A DNA stretch of 64,000 nt, taken from Octopus vulgaris (taxonomy: Eukaryota). Where the stretch lies: assembly GCA_951406725.2 (NCBI GenBank), contig OX597842.1, forward strand, positions 14,260,001-14,324,000. The letters run 5' to 3'. A program made the position numbers and the translations under genes. Numbering within the stretch: the stretch's first letter is position 1; each line of letters begins with the position of its first letter. A model generated the notes under the pieces. It was not told the origin of the DNA. It saw only the letters and a program-made list of their open reading frames with translations, and searched no databases. This document shows positions 30,108-64,000 of the stretch, in pieces.

Positions 30108-31810
30108 CTAGCACAATGACCCGTCGTTGCCCGGTCATAGTGCTAGTACTTGTATATATGTGTATATATATGTGTACATATTACATGTACATCTATACAT
30201 ATACATATACACATAAAATACAAAATACAAAGTTATATCTTTATATCGCTAGTGATAACAGTACTCAAAATATATAACAAACTGGAATTGTAGGCCAGTC
30301 TCTTGCAATTTCAATCAATTGATCTCCCTCTTGTATAGAAGTGTGGCTACAATCCAGCCTACCTCTACTTCTGGGGGGCATTTTAAAATTTTATCCGGGA
30401 CGTACTACATCCCAGATATAAAGGCAAAAATAAAATATTTCCACTTTGCAAGGTTCAAGTCGAGTACTCCCTTGCACGCTCCGTTGACTCGAACCTTGCT
30501 TCTACTGTGGCGAACTTACCGCCTCTAGTTAGATATCTTTCATAGTCGCAGCAAGACACTTTTGGATGGTGCTATCCTCCAGGTGTCCAAATCTTTTTTT
30601 TCTCTACATTGTATACTTTATAGACAATAGTATTTTCTTTAATTTAATTTCGTATTTCATTTGGTGGTGTTATCCTAGATACACCGTCTTTGTCGGTAAT
30701 TAATCCATATTTCTTCCATTTTAATTTCAATGACTTCGCGCCCACCGACGGCTGCAGCGAAATTCACTTTTGGACTTTCTTCTATCGAAGGCATTCTAAC
30801 AAAAATGCTTCCGTGTAAACGGAGAAAGTATTGTCAATTTCCCCAAGCAGGGACACAATTCAATTTTTAAACAATGACCAAAGCTCCTTCTCCCAAAGGG
30901 GGAGGGTTACAGTTTACAATTATTTAACAAATGCAACACAACAATGTTTCCTTTACGAGGAACCAACAAACGTGATAACAATAGTTAAACAGTAATAATA
31001 ATAACAACAAACCTTACGATGAATCAGAAAGCAGTAAGCAGTTGAAGCTTTGGTCCTTTATGTATAAGAAATAAACCAATAGCAGTACTCTGTAGGAGTG
31101 GCTGTTCCAGAAAACAGATATTACATACAACCAAACTTCATATAGATACTTAATGCTAGCTAATTAGCAGATAATCTAAAAAAAGCACAGCTCCATCTGG
31201 ACTATTCCATTTCTGCACGCTAATTTTATTTTTAATTTATTCCTATTCATGTGAAACCACTTATTCAAGTTCAAGTCATTGATGCAATTTTATACCAATT
31301 GCTATTTTTACTTTTGTTATGTTACGATTATATTATACTTTAGTTTGATTTTAAGTATTACTTACTACATATAATTCAATGGTTATTATTATTTTCATTG
31401 TTAAAGTGAAAGTATCTGACAGAAAATAGAGAAATGTTTTTGTTTCACTTTTAACACGTAATACTGAAATAGTGGAGAAAATATGGTATTGCTATGGGCT
31501 TGCTCTAGGCAAGAAGTTGAACTTTTTTTTTGCCCATGAAACTACATGGACCCTAAGTAAGGCATGTGTAAAATGTGAATGAAATTGGTTCTGTAGTTCT
31601 CAAATTTTAGGGAATCGCAGTGGAGAAGATATGATATTGCTGTGGGGTCGCCCTAGGGAAAAAGTTAAGAATTTTTGCCGATGACACTCCCCGTACCCTA
31701 AGTAAGGCATGTGTAAAATTTGAATGAAATTGGTTGTGTAGTTCTCAAGTTTTAGGGAAACACACAGACAGACAGACAGACACACATTCTAAGTTTCATA
31801 TATAGAGAGA
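30108..31810 (-). mobile_element. Non-autonomous Helitron in tandem with the previous element
   Basis: 5' TC…(CTGT)n end at ~31810; 3' CTAG at 30108-30111 with hairpin; shares blocks with 29090-30047; subterminal tandem duplication ~31450-31760. Confidence 0.82.
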
Positions 31811-31852
31811 TACATCTGTAAATGTAATATGTGACAAGTATTCGGTAGCCAA

Positions 31853-31913
31853 GATAAAACTCCGAATTTCGGATGCCGATGTGGACTTCCACGCCACCAT
31901 CTCTTCAGTTATC
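31853..31913 (-). ncRNA. Type I hammerhead ribozyme-like motif, core intact
   Basis: Minus strand gataa-CTGAAGA-gatg…catcc-GAAA-ttcgga-GTT-ttatc; stem I gataa/ttatc. Confidence 0.65.
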
Positions 31914-31948
31914 CGGCCAACGGATAACTGAAGAGATGGTGGCGTGGA
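31888..31948. repeat. Perfect 28-bp inverted repeat with 5-nt loop
   Basis: tccacgccaccatctcttcagttatccg-gccaa-cggataactgaagagatggtggcgtgga. Confidence 0.97.
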
Positions 31949-32107
31949 TTTTAGTGGAGTAATTAGTAACTGACGAAATCACTCTATCTGTCTGTCTGTC
32001 TGACTGTCTGTCTCTCTCTCTCTCTCTCCCCATGCGTTATTTGAACTTACAGTAGGATATAACGATGTTTCAAATAAAAACAAAACATATTGTATTAAGA
32101 AACCACA

Positions 32108-32113
32108 TTTATT
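32108..32113 (-). terminator. Candidate poly(A) signal AATAAA of the aGPCR
   Basis: tttatt on + strand ~280 nt downstream of the stop, followed by T/GT-rich sequence on the minus strand. Confidence 0.45.
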
Positions 32114-32389
32114 TCTTCGTTAATAAAAGTTAAAGATTATATTGAAAATTAGTAGTGAAAATTGGCAGTTAGAAAATATCTATAGAATTACAAATCAAAC
32201 CATATGATGTTAGATTTTATGAGTTACAGAAAATAAGAAGGTTTAAAGTACAATGCGATTTATAAAGTGTCTAAGTTCCGTAGTGTTGTATTGATAGATA
32301 AAAATGAAGTTCTCTTTTATGCAAGCATGTTTAATGTAATATAAGAAGAAAAGAAGATTCTCAAAGACATTAATTTTTTATATTCTTGA

Positions 32390-63744
<31,355 letters not shown>

Positions 63745-64000
63745 CTGTAACATAAAAAGTTAGTTGGTAAAACAACGCGGAGAGGTGTTTAATACTAGTA
63801 GTTCTGGTAATAATAGTAGTTGTAGAATAAGTTAAGTGGAGTTGGTGCTGGTAGGAAGTTTAGGAAGGGAAGCAGGAAAAGGAAGAAGATGAAGAAGATA
63901 AAGAACAGGAAGGTGAACGATATGTAATGAGTATTCGTTAGGTAAACGAATGTGGAGGCACATGGCCTAGTTGTTAGCGCGGTCGAGGGATCGCGGGTTC

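Overview
AT-rich, microsatellite-saturated eukaryotic DNA. The tRNA-derived SINE families and repeat landscape point to an octopus genome (inference). Most ORFs in the supplied track are microsatellite artefacts. The right half (32.4-63.7 kb, minus strand) carries one intact multi-exon adhesion GPCR. I reconstructed it by hand from 21 GT-AG exons with consistent phases, about 950 aa inside the window, with the 5' end beyond the window. Its ectodomain is unusual: LRRs + LRRCT, a 12-Cys three-finger (Ly6/uPAR-like) domain, a SEA-like domain, HormR and GAIN/GPS (HL|TSFAVLM), then a 7TM with altered activation motifs. The left half is mostly decayed transposons: a Gypsy integrase remnant, hAT remnants, several Helitrons including a decayed RepHel, MITEs and an RLE-LINE fragment, plus a ~4.3 kb segmental duplication. 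Across the window there are about ten type I hammerhead-ribozyme-like motifs from several distinct families. They have palindromic stem III and often sit at the centre of fold-back elements inserted in (TA)n, consistent with Penelope-like element or retrozyme remnants. One lies just downstream of the GPCR poly(A) signal on the same strand.
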